From Leptospira sp. (GTDB lineage: Bacteria > Spirochaetota > Leptospiria > Leptospirales > Leptospiraceae), in the NCBI GenBank assembly GCA_034439575.1, contig JAWXAQ010000029.1:22383-86382 (forward strand): 64,000 bases of DNA. The letters are read 5' to 3'. How positions within the stretch are numbered: the stretch's first letter is position 1; each line of letters begins with the position of its first letter. Both the position numbers and the translations under genes were made by a program. Below the pieces are notes generated by a model that saw only the letters and a list, made by a program, of their open reading frames with translations, made no database searches and was not told where the DNA came from. Positions 31,861-43,388 of this stretch are shown one piece after another.

Positions 31861-32417
31861 GTAAAGTTAAAACTCGCCTGGCTTCCAAAATTGGCGATAA
31901 ACACACATTAACTGTTTATTTAAAATTTCTCGAAATGGTGAATGAATTTACCATTAAACTTTCGTTAAAAAAGGCTGTATATTGGGCAGATGGAATTCCA
32001 ACCGATCAACCATTCCCATCAGATATTTACTCACATCATAACCAAGTGGACGGGGATTTAGGACTTCGTATGTGGACTGCATTTAATACCGAATTTGAAA
32101 CAAAGGATAGAGTTTGTATCATTGGTACTGATTGTATCGAATTAAGTGCAGAATTGATTGAGATAAGTTTTTTAAAATTGAAAGAATATGATTTAGTTAT
32201 AGGTCCAGCAATGGATGGCGGTTATTATTTGCTAGGTACCAAAAATAATTATATAGAATTGTTTGAGAATATGGAGTGGAGTGTGCCTTCGGTTCTGGAC
32301 ATAACATTAGATAGAGCTTCTCAACTCAATCTTTCTGTGTACCTTTTACCAACATTGAGAGATGTCGATACCTTGGAAGATTTGATGGATATGAAAAATA
32401 AATTCCTTATTGATTAA
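31815..32417 (+). CDS. TIGR04282/DUF2064-family transferase
   Basis: IFAKNPILGKVKTRL, GDLGLRM, IIGTDC, GPAMDGGYYLLG, DVDT. Confidence 0.85.
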   Translation: MDKEALIIFAKNPILGKVKTRLASKIGDKHTLTVYLKFLEMVNEFTIKLSLKKAVYWADGIPTDQPFPSDIYSHHNQVDGDLGLRMWTAFNTEFETKDRVCIIGTDCIELSAELIEISFLKLKEYDLVIGPAMDGGYYLLGTKNNYIELFENMEWSVPSVLDITLDRASQLNLSVYLLPTLRDVDTLEDLMDMKNKFLID

Positions 32418-32955
32418 CGATTTTGTATTCTATTCTTCTTTGTAATTTTTTATCATCCAAGTTCAATCCATGTTTTAACGGACGTGAGTCGCCATAAAAT
32501 AGACGATGAATTCTTTCGGTCTTAATCCCGTGAATCACTAAGAATCGTTCTACTTCTAAAGTTCTTTTTTCACTCAAAAGAATGTTAGCTTGCGAATTTC
32601 CTTCGTCCCAGGCATGACCATATATATATAAAACTTCTAAAGGATTGTTGGTTAAATGATCTGAGATTTTTTGCAAAACTAGAAGATCTGAATTTTGAAT
32701 TTGGATGGACTTTTTTGGAAAATAAAAAATACCTTCTCTTGCAAATTCCAACTGTTTAGTTTTTTTAGCAATGTCTTCATCCTGGTAATCATCGGCGTAA
32801 AGAAATGAATTTTGATAATTAACAATGTAAGTTAAAAACGAAAATACAGTTATAAAAAGATAGATTAAACGTAATAAGAACTTCACATATCTATTTTCGG
32901 ATATTCGCGTTGCACAAGTAATGCTCAGAAAAAAAAATGTCAAATAATATGTCAC
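32407..32955 (-). CDS. OmpA-family peptidoglycan-binding domain protein
   Basis: IYGHA...NILLSEKR...YGDSRP...RRIE. Confidence 0.75.
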   Translation of the reverse strand: MTYYLTFFFLSITCATRISENRYVKFLLRLIYLFITVFSFLTYIVNYQNSFLYADDYQDEDIAKKTKQLEFAREGIFYFPKKSIQIQNSDLLVLQKISDHLTNNPLEVLYIYGHAWDEGNSQANILLSEKRTLEVERFLVIHGIKTERIHRLFYGDSRPLKHGLNLDDKKLQRRIEYKIVNQ

Positions 32956-32994
32956 TTATGCTTTGTATGAGGATTTTTTTGAAAGGTTTAGAAT

Positions 32995-34011
32995 ATGGAT
33001 CTTAAGAGTTTGGCTGAAAAATTAGGTGGAGAATGGAATGGTGATCCAAATCTTCAAATAACAGGAATTAAAGATTTAGAACATCATTCGCCAGTGCATC
33101 AAAATTCGATTTATTATATAGCTTCCAAAAAGTATCTCACAAAACATCCGAAATACAAAGATGTAAAAATTGCACTAACGATCGCTAGCCTTTCAGATAA
33201 ATTCCAAAATGCGATCATTGTACCTGAACATATATCGAAGGTGAAGTTCATACAGGCCGTTTCTTTATTTGAAAAGAAACCAGAATATGAATTACGAATC
33301 TCTGAACGAGCCAGTATCCATCCTACTGCAAAAATTGGAAAGAACGTCACAATCATGGAGAATGTCGTAGTCCAAGAAAACGCGACCATTGGAGATAATT
33401 GCATTCTTTATCCAAATGTTGTTTTGGAATCCGGAGTTGAGATAGGGGAGAATACTATCTTAAAATCAGGCGTTGTTATTTATTATAACTGTAAACTTGG
33501 AAAAAATAATTTAATCCATTCAAACACTGTGATTGGAGCCGATGGTTTTGGATTTTATGATTACGGTGGAATCCGATATAAAGTACCTCAGATTGGAAAC
33601 GTCGTGATTGGTGATGATGTAGAAATGGGTGCAAATTGTACGGTCGATCGTGCCGCTTTAGAGGAAACAACAATCGGCAACTTTACGAAGTTTGATGATC
33701 ATGTACATATTGGTCATAACTGTAGAGTAGGAAATTATGTTTATATTGCTGGAGCCACAGTTCTCGCAGGCTCCGTGACAATAGAAGATGGTTGCATATT
33801 AGCAGGTCAATCCGCTGTCGCCGAACATTTAACGATGCGTAAAGGTTCTATTTTGATGGGGCTATCTGGTTTGACTGAAGAAGCGAAGGAAAAGACCGCT
33901 TATTTTGGCATACCAGCCAGGCCAGCTTTGGAAATGCATAGAATCAATTCTTCTTTGGGTAGTTTGCCTGAATTAATTAAAAAGTATTTGAAACGGAAAT
34001 CTGAAAATTAA
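32995..34011 (+). CDS. lpxD: UDP-3-O-acylglucosamine N-acyltransferase
   Basis: Hexapeptide repeats, [26 protein letters not shown]. Confidence 0.92.
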   Translation: MDLKSLAEKLGGEWNGDPNLQITGIKDLEHHSPVHQNSIYYIASKKYLTKHPKYKDVKIALTIASLSDKFQNAIIVPEHISKVKFIQAVSLFEKKPEYELRISERASIHPTAKIGKNVTIMENVVVQENATIGDNCILYPNVVLESGVEIGENTILKSGVVIYYNCKLGKNNLIHSNTVIGADGFGFYDYGGIRYKVPQIGNVVIGDDVEMGANCTVDRAALEETTIGNFTKFDDHVHIGHNCRVGNYVYIAGATVLAGSVTIEDGCILAGQSAVAEHLTMRKGSILMGLSGLTEEAKEKTAYFGIPARPALEMHRINSSLGSLPELIKKYLKRKSEN

Positions 34012-34012
34012 T

Positions 34013-34441
34013 TTATTTTTCTAAAATATTTTTAACACGCAAAATGTTTTCTTGCATTTGGGTAGAAAGGTTTCCTTTCACGATCCCTTCGCTTAATCGA
34101 AGTAAACCTTTTAATTCCATTTGGTCAGTGATCTTAAGTACTGTCCCTTCATTGACTGATTCAAATTCATATTTGTCTTCGAAGTTTAAAAGATTGTTTT
34201 CACAAGTTGCGATAAAAAATACATTTTCTTTTAATTCTTTAATTCTATATATTTCGCTTAAAGAAAATAATCCAAAATTGATTTCAATTTTAAAGCTCGG
34301 TAAGTGTGACTTGGGATCCGAAACTTTGATCGAAGACTTGATACATGTGTTATACTCTGTTTGATTCTCAAGTGAGTATAAATATTTATATACTTCTTCT
34401 AATGGGCGAGCAATGACAACTTCAGCCTTAGTAATGATCAT
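34013..34441 (-). CDS. SRPBCC/START-like family protein
   Basis: IARPLEEVYKYL...N..EY N-terminal motif, C-terminal helix LRVKNILE. Confidence 0.65.
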   Translation of the reverse strand: MIITKAEVVIARPLEEVYKYLYSLENQTEYNTCIKSSIKVSDPKSHLPSFKIEINFGLFSLSEIYRIKELKENVFFIATCENNLLNFEDKYEFESVNEGTVLKITDQMELKGLLRLSEGIVKGNLSTQMQENILRVKNILEK

Positions 34442-34789
34442 TTATTTTTTTGATTCAGCGATCCAGTTTTTCCAAATTTCGGGCACATAACCGACAGTAG
34501 CTCTTTTCCCATCTCGAACAATGGGTGTTTTGAATAAAAGTGGATTTGCCAATAACATTTCTTCTTTATCATATACCATATACTTGAGATTTTTATCTTC
34601 ATAGACTTTGGATTCGGTGTCGATTAGCGAATCTAAGGTGACGGAATTAAGAATGGATCTAAGTTCTCCCTTACTCAATTCTTTTTCCGAAAGATTTATA
34701 AATTGGAAAGGAATTCTACGTTCTTGAAAGTAGAGTTGTGCTTTTTTACTTTCTTTGCACTTTTTTGTGCCAAAGATCTGAAGGTTCAT
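34442..34789 (-). CDS. ArsC/Spx-like thioredoxin-fold protein
   Basis: IFGTKKCKESKKA, LSKGEL, NPLLFKTPIVR. Confidence 0.8.
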   Translation of the reverse strand: MNLQIFGTKKCKESKKAQLYFQERRIPFQFINLSEKELSKGELRSILNSVTLDSLIDTESKVYEDKNLKYMVYDKEEMLLANPLLFKTPIVRDGKRATVGYVPEIWKNWIAESKK

Positions 34790-35025
34790 CCAAAAATTGA
34801 TTTTTTAAAGTCTTCTAACAGAGGTTCGGAGCCACTCAACATAAGTTCAATTTGATCTTTGTCGAGGTCATACATGACATGAGCCTTTAGGTATTCAGTG
34901 AATTCATCGCTGTTGAGTTTTTTTTGATCAAAACTTTCTTTTAAAAAATTATACCAAGCGGCAAGGATCACTTTTTGGTGAGCAAGCTCTTTGATCCCGA
35001 TCGTGATGATTTTAGAAGGTTTCAT
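34786..35025 (-). CDS. Small hypothetical protein
   Basis: 79-aa ORF with GGAG RBS, ATGA-coupled to the downstream ArsC-like gene. Confidence 0.7.
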   Translation of the reverse strand: MKPSKIITIGIKELAHQKVILAAWYNFLKESFDQKKLNSDEFTEYLKAHVMYDLDKDQIELMLSGSEPLLEDFKKSIFG

Positions 35026-35065
35026 AGGAATCTTTCTCCAGAATTTTAGTGAGATCCTGGCATTG

Positions 35066-35884
35066 TCAATCCAAAAACCTGTGCATGACTGAAAAATAGA
35101 GATTCCAGGAACCAGAATTCATATCTAACTTACGTAAGAACTGGGAAGTGCTCACATTGGCATCAAATACTTTTGAATCATCAAAGACTCCTACTTTTCC
35201 GCCACTTCCTAAATAGAAACTGGAAGTTTCACCATTATAGTTACCTGAAAAACTTGCAATTGCAATGTGATGATATCCGACACCAATTTGAAATACATTA
35301 TTGTCACCTAACATCTTGTTTATGTTTGATTCCGCCCTATACCCTAGTCCATTCCCTCGCAAATTTCCCCTTTGTTGAAAAAAACTTTGATTATTGGATT
35401 CGCCACCACCACTATATCCTCTGATTTGCCAATCTGCTGAAACAAAACCCATTCCCAATCCATTTTCCCATTCCCAACCCCGTGAAAGGTTTGTCACAAA
35501 ATGATAAGTCCCAAATACATGATAGGAATAAATTTCATTTTGAAGTTTTGTTAAATAAAAATCACTACTAACTTCCGTTAAAGCTAACTTGGAAAGATCT
35601 TGCCTGCCAATAATGATTCCTATTTTTGAATTTGAATCAAGAAAATATCTCGCTAAACCTTCGTAAGTTGAAGTGGTGTTTCCACCATTTAGCTCTACAT
35701 CAGAAAAAACCAATGGATTAAAACTTGTGGAGAACCCTCGCAAATCCGAATCAAATCGTCCAGGCACCCGGAAACCTTGGCCATAGCGCAAACCAGCTTC
35801 CCAAGGGCTCGCAAAGAATCCATCACCTATAAATGTGAGCAGATAATAACAGACTAAGAATTTGAAGACAATAGGTCTTGACAT
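35066..35884 (-). CDS. Hypothetical exported/outer-membrane beta-rich protein
   Basis: Signal peptide, alternating Gly/aromatic strands; probable ATG at 35884. Confidence 0.6.
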   Translation of the reverse strand: MSRPIVFKFLVCYYLLTFIGDGFFASPWEAGLRYGQGFRVPGRFDSDLRGFSTSFNPLVFSDVELNGGNTTSTYEGLARYFLDSNSKIGIIIGRQDLSKLALTEVSSDFYLTKLQNEIYSYHVFGTYHFVTNLSRGWEWENGLGMGFVSADWQIRGYSGGGESNNQSFFQQRGNLRGNGLGYRAESNINKMLGDNNVFQIGVGYHHIAIASFSGNYNGETSSFYLGSGGKVGVFDDSKVFDANVSTSQFLRKLDMNSGSWNLYFSVMHRFLD

Positions 35885-35919
35885 AACAATTTCATCCAAT
35901 TTCGTAAGGAACAACTCCT

Positions 35920-38169
35920 ATGGAAACATTCTTTCAAAGTGATTCAAAGTTCTCTCTTCTTTTGGGTTCGGACGTGCTCAGTCCTTATTTTTATTTGGTA
36001 TTGATAACGGGCGTCTATCTGAGCATCCGATTGGGATTCCCTCAAGTTCGATTCCTATTTTTATCTTTAAAAATTCTAACCGGAAATATGGACTTTAAAG
36101 GCTCTAAAGGCCAATTAGTACACTCTCAGGCTTTTTTCGCTGGTATAAGTTCCTCTTTACTTACGGGTTCCATCATTGGAACGGCACTCGCTGTTGCTTA
36201 TGGTGGAATCGGTGTTATCTTTTGGATTTGGCTTGTTACATTTTTAATTATGCCACTTCGTTTTGTTTCCTCCACTTTGGCTGTCAAATTTCGTAACCAA
36301 TTACCAAGTGGCCGTTATCTTTCAGGACCTATGTATTTTATCGAAAAATCCTTACGTGCCAAATGGTTGGCTGTGGCATTTTCTTTTACTGCGATATTGA
36401 CAGTTCTTAGTTTTGGGGGAGTGTTTCCATTCCTAAGTTTAACTTTTATCGCTAAGGAAGGTTTAAACTTTTCAGGAATGTCGGGACCGATTTCCATTTC
36501 TGTCATTTTACTTTTTATCGTCGTTGGTGGGATTCGTCGTGTTGGAAAAGCGGCAAGTTTTATCGCACCTCTTGGCTTGATACTTTTTATCCTCGCCTAC
36601 TTTTCGTTATTCGGATCAGATTTATCTCCCTTCTTTCCCTATTTGAAAGAAATTTTTGTCCAGGCGTTTACCTTAAAAGCGATAGAAGGTGGTGGATTAT
36701 TTGGAATTCTTAGAACCATATCTGTTTCGTTAGGTGTATTTTTCTTATCAACGGAAACTGGCATTGGAAAATCTGCAGGTCTAGCAGGAGTGGTTCGAAC
36801 TGATTATGCCGCTAAACAAGGATTAGTGAGTATGCTCGCTACCTTTTTTGAAGGTTTTATCATGGCGACTATGATTGGTTTTGTTTTGTATTCATTTGGT
36901 GCCGTCACTGTCGAATCTGTATTGGCATTTCCTGAACGCATATTAGAAAATAGAGAAAGCCTTCCTGCCATCATGTTATTTTCCGCTATATTATTATTTG
37001 GAGTATTGAGTCTTGCTGGATGGTTTTATACAGGGGAACAAAGCGCATTTTATATTTTCGGTGAAAAATTTGCCAATTTCTTTAGAATGCTTTTTGTAGG
37101 ATCCATACTATCCTCAGCATATCTTTATATTACAAATGGAGAAACAGTATTTTTATTTGTGATGAAATTTGGTTATATGATGGCATTAATTACTTCAGTG
37201 CCACTACTCGTAGCACTCTTGTTACTTGGTAAATCTGCCAATTTAGAATTGAAAAAATACATTTCAGAATCGGGTGCTCGTTATGAAATTTTGAAAGACA
37301 TCTATTTGTTATTTTTAACATTGCTTCCAAAAAATTTAATCTCAAAATTATTTGGATACTTTTCTACTTTAAAATTGCCTCGTTTTATGATGATCACGAT
37401 TTTGAAAGCCTTTGCCAAAGCTTACAAAATCAATTTAGACGAAGCCGAATTGGAAATCAAAGAATATGCCTCTCTGAACCAATTTTTTACTAGAGCCCTC
37501 AGAGCCGAAGCGCGCATTATTGATTCCGCGGAAAACGCTGTCGTATCTCCTACAGATTCAAAAATTACAAGTTTTGGAAATATAAACGAATCAACTATCA
37601 TTCAAGCGAAAGGAATCGACTATTCCGTAAAAGAGTTGTTAGGCTCTGAGAAACATTATAAATCTTTTACAAACGGAAAGTACATTACTTTTTATCTTTC
37701 GCCACAAGACTATCATAGGATACATTCACCATTTTTTGGTCAAATTTTGGGTTATTATTATGAACCAGGAAAATTATTTCCCGTTAATGACTTAGCCGTA
37801 TTAAACATTAGAGGATTATTTCCAAAAAATGAAAGGCTCATTACTTTTTTACAAACCGAATATGGAAAAATCGCTGTCATTAAAGTCGGAGCGTCTAACG
37901 TCGGAAAGATTCGTGTAACATACGATAATAAGATTGTTACAAACAATTGGATACGTTTTTCAAAAGAACATGAATATAAAGATGTATCCATTATGATAGA
38001 TAAAGGATCGGAACTCGGAAGATTTGAAATGGGTTCCACTGTTATATTAGTTTTTGAAAATGAAACCATTGATATAGACCCAAGCATTACTCTTGGAGAT
38101 AAGGTACAATACGGTACGGTCGTCGGCCAATTTCGCAAAAAAATAACCAAACTTCCAGTTAAATCTTAA
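35920..38169 (+). CDS. psd: AGCS (alanine/glycine:cation symporter) domain fused to phosphatidylserine decarboxylase
   Basis: N-terminal ~440 aa AGCS-like ([26 protein letters not shown]); C-terminal PSD ([38 protein letters not shown] autocleavage motif) in one ORF. Confidence 0.85.
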   Translation: METFFQSDSKFSLLLGSDVLSPYFYLVLITGVYLSIRLGFPQVRFLFLSLKILTGNMDFKGSKGQLVHSQAFFAGISSSLLTGSIIGTALAVAYGGIGVIFWIWLVTFLIMPLRFVSSTLAVKFRNQLPSGRYLSGPMYFIEKSLRAKWLAVAFSFTAILTVLSFGGVFPFLSLTFIAKEGLNFSGMSGPISISVILLFIVVGGIRRVGKAASFIAPLGLILFILAYFSLFGSDLSPFFPYLKEIFVQAFTLKAIEGGGLFGILRTISVSLGVFFLSTETGIGKSAGLAGVVRTDYAAKQGLVSMLATFFEGFIMATMIGFVLYSFGAVTVESVLAFPERILENRESLPAIMLFSAILLFGVLSLAGWFYTGEQSAFYIFGEKFANFFRMLFVGSILSSAYLYITNGETVFLFVMKFGYMMALITSVPLLVALLLLGKSANLELKKYISESGARYEILKDIYLLFLTLLPKNLISKLFGYFSTLKLPRFMMITILKAFAKAYKINLDEAELEIKEYASLNQFFTRALRAEARIIDSAENAVVSPTDSKITSFGNINESTIIQAKGIDYSVKELLGSEKHYKSFTNGKYITFYLSPQDYHRIHSPFFGQILGYYYEPGKLFPVNDLAVLNIRGLFPKNERLITFLQTEYGKIAVIKVGASNVGKIRVTYDNKIVTNNWIRFSKEHEYKDVSIMIDKGSELGRFEMGSTVILVFENETIDIDPSITLGDKVQYGTVVGQFRKKITKLPVKS

Positions 38170-38170
38170 A

Positions 38171-38494
38171 ATGACAAATTCCCAATTAGCAACGATTCCC
38201 AAAGAAATCAATTTTGATGACAATGAGCTTCATATTCTTTGGAAAGACGGATTCGATTCCAAATATTCACTGTTAGATTTGCGAAAAAATTGTCCCTGCG
38301 CGACTTGTCGAGGTGGGCATGGTGGCAAAGTGGGGGCAGCGACAGGAAATATTTCTACCATTAAGCTCATTTCATGGACCAAAGTGGGTCGATATGCCAT
38401 CTCCATCGTATGGAGCGACTACCATAACACTGGAATTTATTCTTATGACAATTTGCGAGCCTATTCGGAGGGAAAAGAGTCGGCTTTCGATTGA
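38171..38494 (+). CDS. DUF971/GBBH-like N-terminal domain protein
   Basis: LRKNCPCATC, VGRYAI..WSDYHNTGIYSY..LR. Confidence 0.85.
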   Translation: MTNSQLATIPKEINFDDNELHILWKDGFDSKYSLLDLRKNCPCATCRGGHGGKVGAATGNISTIKLISWTKVGRYAISIVWSDYHNTGIYSYDNLRAYSEGKESAFD

Positions 38495-38588
38495 TTTAGG
38501 TCACTTTTTGTCAAACTAGAAAAAAACTAGGTGACAGAAAAAATCACATTATGTCACATTATCCTAAGTTTTCTCGGAGAAATAGGGT

Positions 38589-39662
38589 ATGGGTGAAGGT
38601 TCGCTCTCACAAGACGAAATTGACGCACTTTTACAAGGTGCAGACGATACATTTGATTTGTCATCACTAAGCTCGAGTGCTCCCTCGGGAGGCGATAGCT
38701 TATCTCCTATTGATCGCGATATTATCTCCGATATAGTCGGCTCTTCATTTCAAATTGCTGGAAATACACTCGGCACAATACTTGCGAAAAACACGCGTTT
38801 CATGAATCCGGCAACTGAGTCTGGTTCGGCGACAGACATTCAAAAAGAATTCGGCTCAAAAATGATTTGTTTGTATTCAAATTTGAGCGGAAGTGTTGCT
38901 GGAAAAGTTTGCCTCATTATGGCTCAGGAAAATGCGGCCAAAATAGCCGGTGTAATGATGGGAGGAATGACTCCTCCTGGCCAATTAGACAACGCCCAAT
39001 TGCAAACTTTAAAAGATAGCATGTCACCTATCATTGGTACTGTTACAGCACAGATAGGATTAAAATTAAATGGTTCGATGTCTGGCACACCAGCTGACAT
39101 CACTTTGGTTGAGTCTCCAAGAGATTTACAACTTCCTGACGATAATAGTTTAGTAAAAACAACTCTTAGTCTAAATATTGATAGTGTTGGATCGTTTAAG
39201 GTCTATTATCTGATCGGACTAAACATGGCTCATTCCATATTGGACATCCAAAAAGGTGGAGCCCAAAAATCTGCCGCGAGCAGTGGGGGAATGAATGTTG
39301 CTGTTCCTGGAGCTGGCATGGGCCTCGGGATGGGGCAAAGTTCCGTCGGCATCAAGGGAGTCAATTTCCCATCTCTTGCAAATGCGGGAGCAGGTCCTGG
39401 CCAAACAAATTTAAATCTTTTAATGGATGTTCAAATGGCTCTCACTGTGGAGCTCGGAAGAACTAAAATGTACATCAAGGATATTTTAGGACTTGGTGAA
39501 GGTTCTATTATCGAATTGGATAAGTTAGCTGGTGAGCCAGTTGACTTACTTGTGAATGGAAAGCTCATTGCTAAGGGCGAAGTTGTAGTCATCGATGAAA
39601 ACTTCGGTGTACGTGTAACTGATATCGTTAGCCCAACAGACAGACTCAAAGGCGAAAAATGA
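38589..39662 (+). CDS. fliY: Flagellar motor switch protein FliY/FliN
   Basis: LSQDEIDALL CheY-binding peptide, CheC-like middle region, C-terminal FliN domain (LMDVQMALTVELG...GEVVVIDENFGVRV). Confidence 0.88.
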   Translation: MGEGSLSQDEIDALLQGADDTFDLSSLSSSAPSGGDSLSPIDRDIISDIVGSSFQIAGNTLGTILAKNTRFMNPATESGSATDIQKEFGSKMICLYSNLSGSVAGKVCLIMAQENAAKIAGVMMGGMTPPGQLDNAQLQTLKDSMSPIIGTVTAQIGLKLNGSMSGTPADITLVESPRDLQLPDDNSLVKTTLSLNIDSVGSFKVYYLIGLNMAHSILDIQKGGAQKSAASSGGMNVAVPGAGMGLGMGQSSVGIKGVNFPSLANAGAGPGQTNLNLLMDVQMALTVELGRTKMYIKDILGLGEGSIIELDKLAGEPVDLLVNGKLIAKGEVVVIDENFGVRVTDIVSPTDRLKGEK

Positions 39663-40408
39663 TCTCTATGAAAAGTTGGCATAATAAAACGGATAGGGTA
39701 CTTATGTACTTTGTATGCCTTCTTTCATTCATATTTTCTATTTCTCTTTCTGCTCAAAATTTGAATCAAGACCAAAAAGAAATGGATCAGATTTTACGAA
39801 AAGAGCTAGGGATCAATCCTGAATCAAAATTAAAGAATGAAACTCCAACTAACGAAGATAAGAAAGAAGTAAAAGAAGAAAATCCGATCCAAGAACGATA
39901 TGCAGAAAATGCAGAAGATTCTCCTTCGGCAACTTGGATACTTTTAAAAATATTATTTGTTTTGGTAATCCTTGTTGGTGCTGGCTATTTTCTCGTTCAA
40001 AAAATGCAACTTTCGAAAGCGGCACGTTATCCTGTGAAAGGATTTATGAAAGTACTTTCGACTCTTTCTCTCACTCCCACTCAGTCTGTGCAAATAGTGG
40101 AAGTAGGAAGTCGACTTTTGGTGTTAGGTGTCGCAGATGGATCAGTTTCACTTATTTCTGAGATTACATCTCTAGATGAAAAAACGCAAATCAGTAAAAT
40201 GAAAGAAGAAGCGGATCCATATACTCCGAATTTTCTAGAAACATTACTTGAAAGTTTGCAATCAAAGGCCAATCAGAAAAAAATCAGAATCAATAAAAAT
40301 CTCCTCGAATCAAATGAACTTTCATCTGATTTAGATGTGCAAAAAAAGACTCGCGAAGGCCTGGAGAGACTAAGGAAACATAGAGAATTACTAGAAGGTG
40401 GTTCCTAA
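39659..40408 (+). CDS. fliO: Flagellar biosynthesis protein FliO
   Basis: TM plus [15 protein letters not shown]; located between fliY and fliP. Confidence 0.8.
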   Translation: MISMKSWHNKTDRVLMYFVCLLSFIFSISLSAQNLNQDQKEMDQILRKELGINPESKLKNETPTNEDKKEVKEENPIQERYAENAEDSPSATWILLKILFVLVILVGAGYFLVQKMQLSKAARYPVKGFMKVLSTLSLTPTQSVQIVEVGSRLLVLGVADGSVSLISEITSLDEKTQISKMKEEADPYTPNFLETLLESLQSKANQKKIRINKNLLESNELSSDLDVQKKTREGLERLRKHRELLEGGS

Positions 40409-41226
40409 TGAAGATCCATCTTACCCAAACACAGATTAAAAGTGTATTCTATTTTTTACTGATCTTTTTTAGCATAATATCTGTTAATATTTTAAGTCCA
40501 GACCTTTTTGCACAAACAAATACAGGAAGAGGAACAAAGATCCCAATTCCAAACCTTTCATTCAATGTGAATGAAGCAAAAGGTCCAAAGGAAACTAGTC
40601 TTTCCTTGATGATACTGTTTCTAGTCACTATATTATCTTTAGCACCCGCTATAGTTATGAGTGTGACTTCATTTACAAAAGTTGTAATCGTATTTGATTT
40701 TGTTCGCCGTGCATTGTCACTCCAAAACTTACCACCTAATCAGGTTATGATGGGACTTGCTCTATTTGTTACATTTTTTATAATGGCCCCGACTATCGGA
40801 AAAATCAACGATTTGGCTTTGCAACCATATTTAAATGGTAAAATTGATCAATCAGAGTTTATCGATGGAAGTTTAAAACCACTTAGAGAATTTATGGTCC
40901 GCCAATTGGGCAAAGATGGAGCGAAAGATGTAGCTTTATTTTTAAGAATAGGAAAAGTTCAAAATGTAAAATCTTTTGATGATGTTCCTTCCTATGTACT
41001 TGTACCTGCTTTCATGTTATCTGAAATTAAAAAAGCATTTATCATCGGTATTTACATCTTCATTCCTTTTATCGTTATAGATTTGATTGTCGCATCAGCC
41101 TTGTTAGCTATGGGCTTTATGATGTTGCCTCCCGTTATGATTTCTCTTCCTTTGAAGTTAATATTATTTATACTAATCGATGGATGGAATTTGCTCGTAC
41201 TTGAATTAGTAAGGAGTTATAAATGA
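40408..41226 (+). CDS. fliP: Flagellar export pore protein FliP
   Basis: [30 protein letters not shown]. Confidence 0.95.
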   Translation: MKIHLTQTQIKSVFYFLLIFFSIISVNILSPDLFAQTNTGRGTKIPIPNLSFNVNEAKGPKETSLSLMILFLVTILSLAPAIVMSVTSFTKVVIVFDFVRRALSLQNLPPNQVMMGLALFVTFFIMAPTIGKINDLALQPYLNGKIDQSEFIDGSLKPLREFMVRQLGKDGAKDVALFLRIGKVQNVKSFDDVPSYVLVPAFMLSEIKKAFIIGIYIFIPFIVIDLIVASALLAMGFMMLPPVMISLPLKLILFILIDGWNLLVLELVRSYK

Positions 41227-41486
41227 CAGAAGTAGATGTTGTAAATCTGATTCGTGAAGCTTTTATCGTTACCTTAAAAATATCGAGTCCCATACTCATT
41301 ACTGCATTGGTTGTCGGTCTTATCGTTGGTATCTTACAAACGACAACGTCTATCCAGGAACCGACAATTGCTTTTGTTCCTAAATTGGTTTCTATCTTTG
41401 CTGTCATTGTTTTCTTTTCAGCATGGATGGTTAGAGTTATGACTGATTATACTAGAGAAATTTTTTTTATGATAGAAAAGATATGA
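41223..41486 (+). CDS. fliQ: Flagellar export protein FliQ
   Basis: [19 protein letters not shown]. Confidence 0.95.
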   Translation: MTEVDVVNLIREAFIVTLKISSPILITALVVGLIVGILQTTTSIQEPTIAFVPKLVSIFAVIVFFSAWMVRVMTDYTREIFFMIEKI

Positions 41487-41487
41487 T

Positions 41488-42270
41488 ATGGAAGTATTTC
41501 TTGAACACTTTCAATCTTTCCTTTTCGTCTTAGCTAGGTTACTCGGACTATTTTTAGTCGCACCTTTTTTCTCTTCCGATTCTATATCCTTTACCATAAA
41601 GATGATTTTTTCTTTTATGATTTCACTTATCGTCTATCCAGTGGTGGCAAACTTTATGCCCGCGATTCCTGGACATATGATAAATTATGGAATCGTTGTA
41701 CTATCTGAATTGTTAGTTGGTGTGATATTAGGATTTATAGTTTCCATTGTCTTTGCTTCATTTCAAATGGCGGGTGAGTTTTTTAATAATCAAATCGGTT
41801 TTGGTTATACTGAGATTTTGGATCCAATTACTCAAAACTCACTTCCAGCAATCGGCACGATAAAAAATTTAATGGCAACTGCCTTATTTTTAGTGATAGG
41901 TGCTCATCGATTTTTAATTGAGACATTGGCTTATTCTTTCGAAAAAGTGCAAATTTTGCAATTCACTGCAAAGGTAAATCATGGGCTACTTGTCATTTTG
42001 CAAGAATCAATTGGTGCCATGTTTGTCGTCGCATTTAAGATAGCATTACCAGTTATGGGTATTTTATTTTTGGTGAGTCTTGCGGAAGGTTTAATGGGTA
42101 AGGCCGCTCAACAAATGAATGTTATGTCCTTATCATTCCCTTTAAAAGTTTTTATTGGTACTTTAACTTTAATCGCTACTTTAACTTTCATAAGCTCCCA
42201 GATGATCCAAGGTATCCAAATTTCTTTAGATAAAGTGAATCTTCTCGTTCGGGATTGGCCAAAAATATGA
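41488..42270 (+). CDS. fliR: Flagellar export protein FliR
   Basis: AGEFFNNQIGFG, QMNVMSLSFPLK. Confidence 0.93.
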   Translation: MEVFLEHFQSFLFVLARLLGLFLVAPFFSSDSISFTIKMIFSFMISLIVYPVVANFMPAIPGHMINYGIVVLSELLVGVILGFIVSIVFASFQMAGEFFNNQIGFGYTEILDPITQNSLPAIGTIKNLMATALFLVIGAHRFLIETLAYSFEKVQILQFTAKVNHGLLVILQESIGAMFVVAFKIALPVMGILFLVSLAEGLMGKAAQQMNVMSLSFPLKVFIGTLTLIATLTFISSQMIQGIQISLDKVNLLVRDWPKI

Positions 42271-43388
42271 ATCCAGAAGAGTTCTATAATCTTCCTATAT
42301 ATGTTATTGACCTTCAATTATTTGCTGCGGCAGATGAGGGAAGAACTGAGCCTCCAAGTGAAAGGCGAAGAAGAGAAGAAAAAGAAAAGGGTAATGTCCC
42401 TAAGTCAGCTGAAGTATCATCTACGCTTGTCTTGTTAGGTGGCACGGCTGTGTTATTTATTTTTGGTGATAGTTTTATCAAAAAAACGGCTATATTTATT
42501 AAAAAATACATGACCATGGGTGTCACCATGGACCGGTTTGGTGCTGAGGAATTTAGAGTCATGTTGGGGATGGTAGCAAGTGATTTTATCGGACTATTAT
42601 GGCCCATTTTAGCAATCACTGTAGTTTTTGCCATAGCTGGTAACGTTTTACAAGTCGGATTTATGTTCACTCCAAGAGCTCTTGCCTTTCGGTTCGATCG
42701 AATATCACCTAATTTTAAAAGAGTTTTGCCAAATCGCCAAACAATGTTTAATTTATTTAAGTCATTGGCCAAGGTAATATTGATTGGAATTGTTAGTTAT
42801 ATTTTAATATCTGCAGACTTTTTGAAAATTTTGCTAACTGGTAATATGGGAATCATAGAATCAATCTCACTCATCTCCTATTCTGGATTTAAGATCATGA
42901 TGACAGTTGGTATCATTTTACTCGCAATTGCTGTAACTGATTTTCTTTTTCAAAAATCTGAATTTGAAGACTCCCTAAAACAAACTCCGAGTGAAGCAAA
43001 ACGTGAAGCTAAAGATGATGGTGGAGATCCAATCTTAAAAAATCGAAGAATGCAACTCGCACGAGATATGATGCAAGGCAATATGTTACGTGAAGTGCCG
43101 AAAGCAGATGTCGTAATCACTAATCCAACACATTATTCAGTAGCATTGATATACGAATTAGGTGATGTTGCACCAAGGGTAATCGCAAAAGGTGAAAATC
43201 GCCTAGCACTAGAAATACGAAGGATTGCTCGCGATAATGATGTTCCAATCGTTGAAAGTCCACAGAACGCTAGATTTTTATATTTTCAAGTAGAAGTTGG
43301 CAAAGAAATACCAAATGATCTGTTTCAAGCTGTCGCAAATATTCTTTTTACCCTCGAAAAATTTAAACGAAAAATTGGAAGGACCTAA
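42267..43388 (+). CDS. flhB: Flagellar export switch protein FlhB
   Basis: RTEPPS, KGNVPKS, NPTH autocleavage motif; ATGA overlap with the fliR stop. Confidence 0.93.
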   Translation: MNPEEFYNLPIYVIDLQLFAAADEGRTEPPSERRRREEKEKGNVPKSAEVSSTLVLLGGTAVLFIFGDSFIKKTAIFIKKYMTMGVTMDRFGAEEFRVMLGMVASDFIGLLWPILAITVVFAIAGNVLQVGFMFTPRALAFRFDRISPNFKRVLPNRQTMFNLFKSLAKVILIGIVSYILISADFLKILLTGNMGIIESISLISYSGFKIMMTVGIILLAIAVTDFLFQKSEFEDSLKQTPSEAKREAKDDGGDPILKNRRMQLARDMMQGNMLREVPKADVVITNPTHYSVALIYELGDVAPRVIAKGENRLALEIRRIARDNDVPIVESPQNARFLYFQVEVGKEIPNDLFQAVANILFTLEKFKRKIGRT

